Source: Flectonema sp. DT1601 | Lineage: Eukaryota | Assembly: GCA_964019425.1 (NCBI GenBank) | Contig: OZ025781.1 | Location: 62,001-126,000 of the forward strand | Direction of reading: 5' to 3' | DNA length: 64,000 bases | Shown: in pieces, positions 20,540 through 33,054 of the stretch | Layout of the letters: each line of letters starts with the position of its first letter | How positions within the stretch are numbered: position 1 is the stretch's first letter | Made by a program: the position numbers and the translations under genes | The notes under the pieces: generated by a model | The model's database searches: none | The model's input: only the letters and a program-made list of their open reading frames with translations | What the model was told of the DNA's origin: nothing

Positions 20540-22304
20540 TTATTTAGTTGACGTAGAATGCAAACTGATGGGAGAAGAAGTAGTATAAGACAGTAATATC
20601 AAGTCCTTCACATTATTTATTAATAGCCTGTGAGAAAATATAAAAGTAGTTTGCGTAGTGTGGGTTGGAAGAATAGAAAAATTGTATTTACCGTTTCTAC
20701 CAAACGTGCAAGTCTGTATGTCAATATGTACTGTTCCGCGTGCAGGAAGCGTAAATAGTTGTTTTCGCGCTATCGATGGGTGCCATCCGGCTTACTCAAT
20801 TGCTTTGTCATTCATTATTTTTTTTTTTTGGTCATATTTTTCTTCCGGCAAGGGACCTTGTTTGTGACTCTTCTTTCATTCGTTGTGGTGGTTGTTATGC
20901 TTTTCTTCTTTTTTTTTTTTTTCCTTCTTTTTTTTTTCAGTATTCCATCCGCATCCGACTAGCACCGGTTTCGTCTTTTCTTTTCTTCGCATACTATGCA
21001 TAGTGAATTAATTCAAAAAGTAAAAGAAAATAAGAAAGAAAAAAAAAAGAAGTATTTTAAAAAATAATTACCAAAAGATGATCTCCCTAAAATGACAAGT
21101 TCTATTTTTAAATGTAGGTCGTAACAAATGAAAGATCTGCCTACTTTTTGAATGAACAGATTTAGTTAGAGAAATGCACCCGACCAATAAATCTTTTTTT
21201 TTCATTTTTCATTTTTCACTTTTTTTTTTTCTTCCTCCTTTAGAGCCGATCTTGACATTCAAAAAAAAAAAAAAAAAAAAATCATAACAGCCTCACTAAA
21301 CAGACAGTGCTAACAATTCCTAACAGGAGGAATTCGGCATTTTTGACTACATACAATTAATAAAACAACGTTGAACACGAGGTACAAAAGAAGGGAGGGA
21401 TCTGTGAACACATAAAGAAGGTTACACGTGTCCAATACCCTTGTAGTTAATACATACATCAAATGCATTTGGGGGGGAAGCTCGGTTGCTACCTTGACAG
21501 CTGTAGACTTAAGAGACCTATCGAAAAGCCGTGACAAGAAGAAAAAAAAAAAAAAAAAAGTGAAGTGAAGTGAAGTCTCTTTTTCAATACTGTAATCAAC
21601 ATGATATGTACACGTGTGTGTGTGTTGTTGGTTAGGTGAATACTATCGTATAGCACCAATAAACTTGCGAGAAGTATGAATTGCAACAAAACAACTTATG
21701 TATTAGTTTGACAATGGGAAATTAATTCAGAGATTGCCTGCAATAGCTTCTAGCGACTTACAAAAGAAAACCTCAAACAGGCTTCGCATGTCACTGCTGT
21801 GGCTTAGGCCAAGAAATTAAAAAAAAAACCAACTAGCCAACAACCAGCAACCGAGCATACCGGAGAGAAGAAGATGAAGAGAAGGATTGAGGAGGAAGGG
21901 AAACCCCCGAGAGCCGCCTTGAGTAAACGCCCTCTTCACCTATGAGGTTTTTTTTTTTTTTTTTTTCTTTTTAAATTCCTTTTTCTTTATAACCCTTTCT
22001 TATTGCTTTTTTTTATTTATTTTCATTTTATTTTGCCTGCTGTGTTCTTTCCTTTTGTACGATTTTTGAGTTAGATTTTCTTTTCTTTCTCCCTTCCTCT
22101 CTCTCGTTTTCGTTAACGAGTTCTGTACTGGATTCGGTTACAGAACCAACCGCCAACGTGCAGAAGGATATCAATAACGATAAAACGACATCACTCAGGT
22201 ACCGACACCCCTCGAGGATTAAAGTTTTTTTTTTTTTTTTATGTTTTTTTTTTTTTTTTTGAAAATCCCACTCAAAATGCTTGCCGTTATAAAACCTCGA
22301 CTTT

Positions 22305-22341
<37 letters not shown>

Positions 22342-22421
22342 CAAATCATATCTGTGCACAGCTATTGTAGTCAGTATTAGCGGGGGGAGATTTCACAAAT
22401 AAATAAATAATCAAATTAATC

Positions 22422-22545
22422 AATTAGTTTACCTTAGACATAAAACGTTGCTGTATTGTATGAGCGCTTGGTGACTCACAACGACAGGACTCAATCCGTA
22501 GCCGTTTCCGAAGACTCGGTATAGATTGTTGAATTAGCCTCGATT
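22422..22545. repeat. Dispersed degenerate repeat, copy A (homologous to 48666-48768)
   Basis: Core 22511-22538 matches 48734-48761 at 25/28 nt; upstream blocks aattagtt, aacgtt..gctgtat, tatgag and ggtRactcac are collinear. Confidence 0.6.
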
Positions 22546-24957
22546 GTAATCCGTGTTGTTACAGATACTATTGGGCTAGCTGTCCGTGATGTCGGAGAAA
22601 AACAGGGGGAAGTAGAAAATATAAAAAGGTGGGATAAAAAAAAACAATTATGTATATTTGAATGGAAAAAAATAAAAAAAAATAAAAATAAAAATAAAAA
22701 ACAATGCCGTAAGCAGTAATAGACCGAAAATTAAACAGAAAATAGAACCGAGAAAAAAAAACGATTTCCCCCCGGTAGTGCTAATTATTTTTTTTATTAT
22801 TATTTTTTTTATTTTTTAAAAAAAAAATAAAAAAAATTAACTAACACTCAATAACTTGCACAGTTGACTCTACTTAGCGGGGTTTTGTCTGCAGAATTTT
22901 CTTTTTCTTGCTGTCAGCAAGTGAGTGTCTCCTTTCCAATAATAATACATAGCAGCTATTAACCAATCACATGCTTTCACTTCTTTCTTTAACGTTTTTT
23001 TCCCCTTTTTTTCTTCTCTCTTTTTTTTTTTTTTTTTTTTTTCACTTAAAAAAAAACAGCGCCAGCGCAAACGATAAAATATAGCTGTTAAGGAGGTTCT
23101 GAACCGTAGGAAGGGCGAAGTCTCTCAATTGTGGAGATTTTTTTTTTTTTTTTTTTTTTTCCCCCTAATTTCCTCCTTCCCGCTATTCGCACAGTTTCTT
23201 GAGATCAAATAAAAAAATAGAAAAAAAAAAAGAGAAAAAAAGGAGAAAAATCGAGGTTGAGACTTGACTCATGTTTGCTAAAGGAAGGCACAACTTTGTA
23301 ATAAGTTTATTCACCTTCCTAAAATACGTAATATACGAGAACGAAGGCAGCCACAACTATTATCATAAGAACGTTTTTCTTTTTTCTTTTTTTTTTTTCC
23401 TTTCTCTTCTCTCCCTCCTAAGAAAGAAATAACAAAACAAACCCTATCCGTATCATTAGTTGAACACGGCTTTTGTGTTGCGATACTCAAAAAAAATTGT
23501 CGCTGCAAAATGTATCTTTGCTACGCCACAGCTGATGCAAGCTTGCACATGCGCTCAGAAAAAGAGTAGTTGCCGTGGGACCATGCGACGGGAAAAAAAA
23601 TGTTGATAAAAAAAAAAAAAAAATAAAAAAAACGAACGAACAAAGTGGACAATGTCCAAACAAACGCCAGACCTAACTAACCAATCGACACACACTGATT
23701 AGGAGTACGATATTCTCAGCAACGCATTTCAAATAAGTAGAGTTACAGGACCCAATCTCAAGTAGCTATATGCATATGTAACACGCACGAGGGAGGGATA
23801 GTTAGTTAGCGAGTCCGACATACAATTGAGTATCGGTTTGATAGACACAACAAGATGGAATGGTTAACCACCTGTATGTCCCCAATACTACAACATTATG
23901 TCAGACCTAATCCCTGAGAGGATCACTTTTTTAGCTTCAGCGAGGAATTCTAATGTTCGAGAGACCCGAATACCTCAATGCTTCGGCCTTGACCGGATAG
24001 GGATTATTTGTTTTTTTTTTTTTTAAATATTATATTATATTTTAATTTTAAATTTTTTTCTTATACTCTTCTTCTCGCATAATAGTAATATGTGACCAGG
24101 ACAGTATACCCTGCAGTCAAAAAAAAATGTAATTAAAAAAAAAAAGGACCCGACACTTAATTTTTTTTTTAATTTTTTCTCTTTTTTGTACTGTAACAAT
24201 ATCGATAACAGGGTTCTTTTTTAATCTAAAGTGCATTTGCGATGGTTAGATGGAAACTGTTGGATTACAATACTAACAAATATTTTGTACTCTTCTTGTA
24301 ACGAAGAAGATCATTTCTGAATGATGTGAAGCACACGTTTTGTTCGTTGCTGTAACGCAAAAGAAAGACTGGACCAAAACAAAAAAAAAAAAAGAAAGAA
24401 AAAAAAAAAAACGAGTGGTACAAAAAAAAGTTGCAATTAAAATGTAGTTTTCTCCCTTCCCTCTTATATTTTTTTTTGAGTGTTTCCATACTGAACTCAA
24501 CAAAGTCACATCATTATTATGCCTTTTCATTTTTTTTTTTTTTTTTTTCGCAGTTTAACTGAGGGACTGGGAGGGGAGGTAAGGCCGCATGTAATTTAAC
24601 ACGTGTAGCATACCTTCATGTGTGTGTTTTTTTTTTTTTTTTTTGTGAAGGGAGGGTAAAAAGGAGAAAATAAATAATTGTACTCAAAAGCTTCATTTTG
24701 TGGTTAAACCTTTCAAGTCTAAAGTGTAGGACAACAATGAAACTATTCTATACGATGAGGTAACCAGAAAGGAAAGGCTTAAGGGTTCGGGGATTCGTGT
24801 GGCCCTCATTCTTTTCCTTCATGTACCGGATTTTATTTTTATTTGTTTTTATTCGAAAAAAAAAAAAAAAAAAAAACGTCAACTTTTTGTCACTTCATCT
24901 TCGAAACCAGTCCGGGTGACGCCATGCTCGTGTTGTAAGCCTTCTCACCTGATATTC

Positions 24958-26744
24958 TTACAGCAGCATTCTCTCTAAGAACTGACCACTAGGTGATGCC
25001 TGTGATGTGTTGTGTGTTTCAAATCGTCGTCTCAGTGAAAAACGACATATCAAATTTTTTAACATACCTTCTTCAAAAATGGGTGTTGCAAGAGATCCCA
25101 GGCGTTCGGCCTTTGCTGGCTGTCTTTTTGGAGCATCGATTCAATGAAATGCCTGCAAAACTTTGACCAATTCTCTTGTTTCTTTACCTTTGGAGCTGAC
25201 TGCGTCACAATAACATAAAGAGCTCTCATTGGAGGTAAATCCATGAGTGGAGGCTCACCATCACAAAGCTCTAACGCCAGAATACCGAGAGACCAGACGT
25301 CGGCTTTGTAGTCGTACGGCTCGCCTTTGATAACTTCTGGTGCCATCCAGTAGGGAGTACCTACGACAGTTTTTCGTTTTAAATTTTCACCTTCTGAGAG
25401 GGCAGCACAGAAACCGAAGTCACCAAGCTTTACTTCTCCTTTTGAATTTAATAAAATATTATCAGATTTAATATCCCTGTGGATTCTACCCATCGAGTGC
25501 AGGTAGACGAGCCCTTCAATAACATTTTTACAAATGTAAGCAATTTGTTCCTCAGCGAATCTAACATTATTATCGAGTAAGTCGGTGAGCTTACCTCCCG
25601 ACATTAACTCCATTGCAATCCAGAGAGTATCACCATTTCTGTGGGCAGAATAGAAGTTCACAATATTTTGGTGTTTGCTCGTAAACATCATTGAAATCTC
25701 ATTTTCAAGAGCTGGCAATTCCTTCTTTTCGTTCTTTATAAAAATTTTCTTCAAAGCGACAGGTGTTCTGTCCTTCACTCGGATTGCCTTGTAAACCTCA
25801 CCTTGACTTCCAGAATCCAACTTCACCAGGTTTGCGTAAACTTTCAAAGCATCCTCTCTTGAGATCAACTCAGCGAGAGAATACTTTTCTTTCTTTGGAA
25901 CATTTGCACCAGGTGGTAGTGATGGAGCGGGGAGGTCTTGTCGAGGAGGAAGTGTAGGATGAGCGATATCTCTATTTTGTTCAACGAACTTCAGAATACT
26001 AAGAACAGCATTAGGATGACTCTTTGCCTCTTCAGCAGAGATTCCAGAGGCGTGGAGAAGGTGCGGATTTTGCCCAAGTAACTGAGGCATTCCTCCATAA
26101 CCTCCTTGTTGTCCCTGACTGTGAATTCCAGTAGGCGATCCCTGCCTAGAATGTTGAGAAGTCTGAGAAGAAGAGAGTGAATGAAGAGATGCCTGGGAAT
26201 GGAGTTGCTGCTGCTGCTGCTGTTGTTGTTGCTGTTGCTGAAGTTGTTGTTGTTGCATTTGCTTCCGCCGAGGACTTCCTGACTTTGCAACGAATTTGAC
26301 GTGTTCTTCCCATTTCTTTAATTGAAATTCATCAGGTAACGAAAGTATCAAATCCTTATAGTCACCACCAGGCTTCCTCGGTACAATTGGTCGAAATAAA
26401 ACACAATTTTCTTTAAAGCTGTGGAAGTGAACGGGTGCCGATGGATGGTTTGGAATTTCCGCCAACCTCTCGACTGCCATCCCTGGCATGTAATAACAAC
26501 CACTACACCGTGAGTTTGGATCTTGAGATGGAAAATAACAAATAAAATTTCCATAAAAAACAAACCATCTTTTATCCCAAGGACTCACAACACTCGTACT
26601 CAGTTTCAACGCCCATCCCTGCAGCTCTGGTTTTGCGAAGGACGATAGGCTTGGCTTCTCAGCTGTGTATCTCTTCCAGTCTTTAGCGTCGTGGGGATTC
26701 GGAGGCTCAGGTATCTTATGCATCTGGTAAGCAGATGAGTGCAT
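24958..26744 (-). CDS. PH-domain PAK/STE20-family kinase; exons 26744-25068 and 24999-24958
   Basis: PH domain (LQGWALK...WDKRWFVF...WEEHV); PAK inhibitory segment GISAEEAKSHPNAVLSILKF; HRDIKSDN, DFGFCA, GTPYWMAPE; 68-nt GTATGT..CACAG intron gives C-terminus ASPSGQFLERMLL*. Confidence 0.9.
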
Positions 26745-27276
26745 TTTTTATGTACTCCTAGAAGCAGTAATTTATGACACATTTATATATACGGTACATT
26801 GCAGATACTTTGATATAAACCTTCATGAAATCGTTTCCTGTAGAAGTGGCACAATGCTTTCCTTACACACACGATGTCACACACAATAGTAAAAATTGGC
26901 GAATCAGTCGCAACGAGCCCAACAGTTGGCACACTACGATACTTTATTTTTTTAGTAAAAAGAATCCCACATTCATACCTTTTTTTTTTTTTTTTTTTTT
27001 TTTCGTCGTGGAAAATAAAAAGCAGAATGGAAAACAAAAAAAAGATAAAAAAAAAACAACACTAACTTTTGACGCACACTCATTACGTCGATCTGTTTGT
27101 TAAATCCGATGCATCTGTTTGCAGTGCTCTTGATGAAAGCAGATAGAAAGTACTATTTGAGTCGATAGTGATTCTCATAAAGGAACCTATTCTCTCAAAT
27201 CATCTCGTAGCTCCACTGTTCAGTGCAGTGGTGTGACGAGGAATCAGATTGTGATTCAGACAACATATTCGAGTCT

Positions 27277-29010
27277 TCAGTATCTCTTTTGATATTTAGT
27301 AAATCCACTACCGCTGGGTCCGTGGCTGTCACGACCACGTTGGTTGTAACCTCCGCCACCACCACCACCACTTCCACGATTTCCCTGATAGTTGCGCTGT
27401 TGAGGATTGAATCGAAACTTTCTATCTCTGTCGTCATATGGATTTGGTCGTTTAGTACTCTTCGCGGGGTTTCTCCAAAATGATGCCGATTCGCGTCGGT
27501 CACCAATTGCTGGTTTTGCATACTCTTTCTCACAGTCTTCAATCTTTGATTTGTCTCTCAGAATCTCCGCAACCTTTGACCGAACTGTTTCACTAGCACC
27601 AGCGATAAGTATTCCGCGAACATCATCAATTTTTGTTTTGAATAAAGCGACGTTGTTAGTTGCTCGAACAGCATGGAGTGATTTGTCATCCAAATCCACA
27701 TCACTAACAGCGACCGCATCAATACCGGTGTCACTAACATCTGTCAGTACTCCGTTGTGTTTTCCAGTTGCTAGAGCGAGTGAGATGTATTTTCTCGCCT
27801 TCTTTCTCTCAATCAGATCTCCAATAATATGAACAACGTGCCCAACGATCAAAACTGAAGAACCCGTTGCGTTTTCAATTTGATTACAAAACGGTGATAA
27901 AACACTTTTCTCACCCTCACAGAGAACAAACGTATCGCACGAGTCACCTTGGCTAGTTGACTGTTTTGTGTGTTTATTGTTGATACCATTACTTTAAAAA
28001 AAAAAAAAAAATTAAATCTTTCTGAAAGAACATACTAGTTTATCCTTAGACTCATTGTTGTAGTAGCCAGGATGCGTTTCTTCAATGTCTGCTTTGATAA
28101 CTGCTGACATCGCTAGTCGTTTTCGATATGATTTGTTGATGATTGCGATCTTCTTTGAGTTATTCTCAAAGTATGAAAAAGTAACGCAACGCCATTTCTT
28201 CTTTGCAGTTTGGAATGAATAGCTTACTGAACACCTCTGGATGATATTGAACTGATCTGGACAAGTGAAGCTTAAAGTGTCATTATGATGATCCGAGAGA
28301 ACTTTTTGACTCTTTCCAGCATCTCCAAAATAAGCAACCCTAATCAAATCCTCTGTTAGTTCTCGTTGTGGGTTTGGACCCCAAATATAAAACCATTTGT
28401 CAGTGTCAGGTCCCATCATCTCAAAGATGATTTCAGTCGGAAGTAGTTCTCTGAGGTAGCTGTACTCTCTGCAGATGTTTCGAATGTGCTGTTCTCTTCT
28501 TTTGATACCAAACACTCGAGTTCTTATTTGTTTTGTGTCGTGTGATGTCTCTGATTCCCTCGATGTAAAGATACCTGGAAGGGTTCCTTCTATTCTACAT
28601 TTAACCAAGAGCGCAGCAGAAATACGAGAACGTTCATTCTGAGAAACGATTATACACTGAGTCGTGTGATGGTCATGACTTGATGTTCTATATATCACGA
28701 AACAATTGGGAACCTCCGTATCACAGTAGTCAAGAAATTCACCGGCACGGCCGGTTGCCCAACCAACAGAATCAGGAGGCATTTCAAACATTATATGTTT
28801 CCCTTTCAACAGCATTCCTTCTTTTATAACTCCAGATAAAACTGCTTTTACTGCGGTGTCTGTAAATTCAGCATCCTCTCCTTGTTCGTATTCTGCCTGC
28901 TTAAAACACTCGCTTATCTTAACATCAATACCTAACATACGCTTTAATCTAACGAGACTGTATTCATTTCTCTGAACGAGAACCGGATCTAAGTCAGTGA
29001 GAGTAGGCAT
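27277..29010 (-). CDS. Degenerate multi-KH-repeat RNA-binding protein with RG/G-rich tail, 552 aa; exons 29010-28036 and 27960-27277
   Basis: Phase-0 intron 28035-27961 (GTATGT..AAAACAG) joins two track ORFs in frame; KH-like MPPDSVGWATGRAG; repeated hhhhG..xxR segments; C-terminal NRGSGGGGGGGYNQRG. Confidence 0.7.
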
Positions 29011-29382
29011 CTTTGTGACTGGCCCTCTGTTATGTTTAAAAAAATGTAACAAATATATATGTTCGCAGAGATTTATAATAAATTCAAACTAACGGTTCGC
29101 TCATGTTAACTGTAATTTTGAAGAAATAAACATTTTTTTTATAAAAAACTTTTTTTTTTCAAACATAAAAATAATTACTGTTTTGTGTAACTGTTGGGTT
29201 TGGGTCGTCAAGCTTCGCACAGAATGTACTTCTGTGAGTATTCGACAAGAATAAGAGGCACAACGTTTTCACGTAATCCGATGAATACAAAACAACATCA
29301 GTTGATATTCAGACAACAATAACTGTTACTACATTGCTGTGGTTAATAACTAAATGAACAAAAGGAGAACAAATCCGATCGC

Positions 29383-31284
29383 TTAAGAGACTTTCTTTGA
29401 ATCTGATCTTGAGCGAGGAGACGAGCGAGGCGAAGATCGAGCCGGACTGTCAGCTGAATAAAATGAAACAACTGATGACTTCCTTCTATCAACAGGAAGT
29501 GGTGCAACATGAGAGAATGAAACGCGTGATATTCTTTTATCATTTGAAGGCTGCAAACTATGAAGAGGAGGTGAGTTCGAACAAAACGGGAGCTCTTTTT
29601 CGGAGGGTGACGTTGTATGAGGGTGGGGACGCATCCAATTCTGCGTATCATTCAAATCACCCAAAGTGTCTTGAGAGTAATCACTAGCTAGACTGGTACA
29701 ACTCAATCTAGCGTGACCAAATCCTGGATTTCTTTGACACATTGGTTGATCAGCAGACGATCCAGTAACGTCTTTAACATCACCTGTTTTAGATAAGAAT
29801 GGAGGGATCTCAATATCTCTTGCTTCACCATCTTCGGTATGCTCAGTCTCAACATATAAAAACGCTGGTGCTTCTTCATCATGTTGATCCAAAGCCATTT
29901 CATAACGCTTCTTTTCATAAACAAAACTTACTATCTTCTGAGTCTCTAGTGGGTATTGAGGATCCGCAGCAGCTAACAAAACATTATATCCCCTCTCTGT
30001 CAATCCTTCTTCAATTCGTTGGATTTCTCCGTCTGGTGTTCTACGTAAAGACTGACAGGTGTATGTGGTTGATAAACCACTTGATCTTTTATATAATCTA
30101 TTAATGTGACTATAAAATGAACCTCTCAACACATTAATACTAACAAGTGCTGTACTATAAGGGACAGTAATAGAGCTAAGAGAAGGTGGTTTCTCCATTA
30201 GGTATTTCTTTATTGGTCCAGGATGACTGATGCCAATTAGTTGGAGAACAGCAGCGATTGCTCTGTCTATTTTTTCTTCAAAACCAGTGCTGTTGTCAAT
30301 TATTCGATGACGAGGATGGCCGAGCCACATCTCTTGTAGTTTCACATCCTGTGCTATTGCTGCTTCAGGTGTCTCTGTGCGAGACGCATTCCCATCAGTA
30401 TTGTAGTAGTCGGGTGCTCCATCAGCAGCTGTTACTAAATGAATAACCAAATCATAAGCTGAGTCTCTGAGTACTCCTTGAGACCATCCGCCTTGAGCTA
30501 CTATTTTATCCCACGTCTCCTCACTGCAAAAAGCCTTTCCATCCATAGCCCCTCGATCACAACATATCACTGCTGGGAGGTTGCATGCTCTGGCAATCTT
30601 TGTAAACTCCTCTTCAAGACATCGTTGTATTCTCAGTAATGCAAACTGAAATGCTTCAACTGTTTCATCAGTACCATCATGGAAGGCAATTCCACCTCCA
30701 CCTTCAAATAACAATGTTGCTATCTCTGGTACTACCAGCACATTAAATCCACTACTCTCAAGCCTCTTTCTCATAGTGCTCATGCCGGTTGATTTTCCTG
30801 CACATGGACCACCTGTAAAGACGACTTTGTAAACAGGTGCTCGACCGGTGGCCTTTTTCCGCATTGTTCCTCTTCTAGAAGTTGGGTGAACGGGGCTGGG
30901 TAGTGATAAAGTTTTGTCTTTACTGGTACACCAGTTCTGTGTTGCTTGTTGAACGGAACCGCTGTTAAAGACATCGGTTGAGAGCGTGTCTAAGAATTTA
31001 TTTACTATTCCTTGACATTTAGAATTTTGTCCAAGAGCACATTGTTTTAGTATGTCTGACAACGTGGATGGTTCTCCCTGTTGGGTGTTTGTAGTAGTCC
31101 CACTGAGGTCATTGAACTTGCTCTTTTCTTTTGATAATTCCACTACGCAAACTCTCTTTATCGTTTCTAAGACATTTTCTCTTCCTGTTGGTTTGTCTCT
31201 CAGTAGTTTTTTCAAAAGTATTTCGAGAATGCTTGGGATTTCAGCGTTTTTCATATAGGCGGCATCTGTTTGAATTGCCTGCAT
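29383..31284 (-). CDS. Ttd14/NadR-like (AAA_28) P-loop NTPase with CYTH-like region and N-terminal RIIa/Dpy-30-like docking helix, 633 aa
   Basis: KVVFTGGPCAGKST, VPEIAT, CDRGAMD, YDLVIHLVTAADGA, WLGHPRHRIIDNSTGFEEKI; N-terminal YMKNAEIPSILEILLKKLLRDKP. Confidence 0.8.
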   Translation of the reverse strand: MQAIQTDAAYMKNAEIPSILEILLKKLLRDKPTGRENVLETIKRVCVVELSKEKSKFNDLSGTTTNTQQGEPSTLSDILKQCALGQNSKCQGIVNKFLDTLSTDVFNSGSVQQATQNWCTSKDKTLSLPSPVHPTSRRGTMRKKATGRAPVYKVVFTGGPCAGKSTGMSTMRKRLESSGFNVLVVPEIATLLFEGGGGIAFHDGTDETVEAFQFALLRIQRCLEEEFTKIARACNLPAVICCDRGAMDGKAFCSEETWDKIVAQGGWSQGVLRDSAYDLVIHLVTAADGAPDYYNTDGNASRTETPEAAIAQDVKLQEMWLGHPRHRIIDNSTGFEEKIDRAIAAVLQLIGISHPGPIKKYLMEKPPSLSSITVPYSTALVSINVLRGSFYSHINRLYKRSSGLSTTYTCQSLRRTPDGEIQRIEEGLTERGYNVLLAAADPQYPLETQKIVSFVYEKKRYEMALDQHDEEAPAFLYVETEHTEDGEARDIEIPPFLSKTGDVKDVTGSSADQPMCQRNPGFGHARLSCTSLASDYSQDTLGDLNDTQNWMRPHPHTTSPSEKELPFCSNSPPLHSLQPSNDKRISRVSFSHVAPLPVDRRKSSVVSFYSADSPARSSPRSSPRSRSDSKKVS

Positions 31285-31647
31285 TGCAACCTTCCCCCAC
31301 CCTGTGAATGAATTAATGTTATTTTGTTATATATAAACGTCACAAACAATATAACTATACTGCTGGACTTTTTGTTAGAATTTTTTGATTCTTAATTCTT
31401 CTTTTTTTTTTTCATTCCGTTTATAAATTTCATTTCTTTCTGCTGCTTTTTTTGTTTTCATTAATGACTTTTTTTTTGTCTTTTTTTTTTTTTTTTTTAT
31501 TTCTTTTTTTTTTGTTAACACTCATACGTCGCTGCAGACATATTTGCAATCAGGAACCAGCAGCAAGCGATAAACACATCATTGCCTGAGGCTAACTAAC
31601 CTGCCTACGTAACAGGGATGCTAGAATTCGATGTAAACAGTGAGGCT

Positions 31648-31872
31648 TCATCCATCCATTACTTGCATATTTACTATGGTATTCCCTCTGATCACGACCA
31701 TCCCTAAATCAATATCTTGGTTTCCAGCCTCAACTGTGTTGTCTAGCACGATGTTGCAAAAATGATCAAATCCACGAAGGGTTCCCAATACTTCTTTATT
31801 TCCACTGATATGGACAGAGAGTTGTTTGTCCATGTATTTTTTGAGATCCGGATTCACGGCGCGATTGGCCAT
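31648..31872 (-). CDS. SNRPG: Small nuclear ribonucleoprotein SmG, 74 aa
   Basis: PDLKKYMDKQL, Sm1 GTLRGFDHFCNIVLD, Sm2 GMVVIRGN. Confidence 0.92.
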   Translation of the reverse strand: MANRAVNPDLKKYMDKQLSVHISGNKEVLGTLRGFDHFCNIVLDNTVEAGNQDIDLGMVVIRGNTIVNMQVMDG

Positions 31873-33054
31873 TGTTTTTTTGTTGATATATGTCTGACGT
31901 GATTAATAAAAGTGATGGGAACAGATTCATTGAAATAAAATTTTAAATTTCAAAAAAACGTGTTTTCTTCTTTGCATTGATATGAATATAATTTTTTTTT
32001 TTTTCATTTTTTTTTTTTTTTTTTTACCACCACCACTCTAAGTCCGGTTCCTAACGAAAGGGAGACCATAGCAGTCTGCCTAACAAAAGAGAGACAAATC
32101 ATGAACGTTGACATGTTATTAAAAGGAATATTTTTGTTCAAAGAATGTTACTCCACACACAATTGCAACACAGAAAATAAAAAAAAGAAGAAAAACATAA
32201 ATCATGACAAACATGACATAAAAGATAAGGTGGACAGGTTTTTAAAGAAAAAATCAAAAAAAAAAACCCGCCGCCGGAGTGCATTTTGGTACAACAATTT
32301 TCGACTCTCTACTTTATATTTATAAATACGACTAAAAATTGTTGTGTACCAACAACTGAGAATGACGATAAACGCAAACTTCTTTTAAAAAAAAAAAAAA
32401 GAAAAATCACAACTGCAGATACGGAACATAGATTCGTATGTTAATAAAACAAAACTAGAAACTTAACAAAATATAAGAAAGTGATATATTTGCAAACCAT
32501 CTTTGGTAAAGTTGAGAAGAAGAAAAAAATTCATATCATTCTTAACAATAAAACTAACCAAGACTATGCAATCTCTAAAGCTAACAAATAATACAAAAGA
32601 AGAGACGAATCCAGAAGGCTGTGTAGCTTCAAATTTCTGGTTTTTTTTTTTTTTTTTTTTTTTCTCTTCTTTAAAAAAAATTTAACATAACGGGGGTTGG
32701 TAAAAAAAAAAACAAAAAAAAAAAAAAAAAAAAAAAAACAAGTTCCCGTTCAGCTGCACCAGCATACGGTGGAGAGAGGGAAAAAAAAAAAGAAGAAAAA
32801 AAAAAATATCTCCAATCAATGGCTTTATAACATTACTTTTTTAATAGAAACAAACTCTCCTTTTTACACTGTTTCACAGTAACGAAGGACGAAATACTCT
32901 CGCAATGTGTGGTGTGGGGAGAATGATGTACCGTACGATTAAAAAATAGAAACAAAAGAACGTTCTGTCTCGGCTGTCTCAGTAGCGAGTTTACATAGTA
33001 TCCTCCGAGTGGGGTCGAATACTGCTGAAGAAGTTCTTATGCTGATGACGATGA

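Noticed and set aside
31545..31590. Minus-strand GCAATGATG...CTGATTGC, box C/D-like with terminal stem, downstream of SmG
   Set aside because: Only about 25 nt between boxes, too short for a snoRNA, and no SECIS-type helix.
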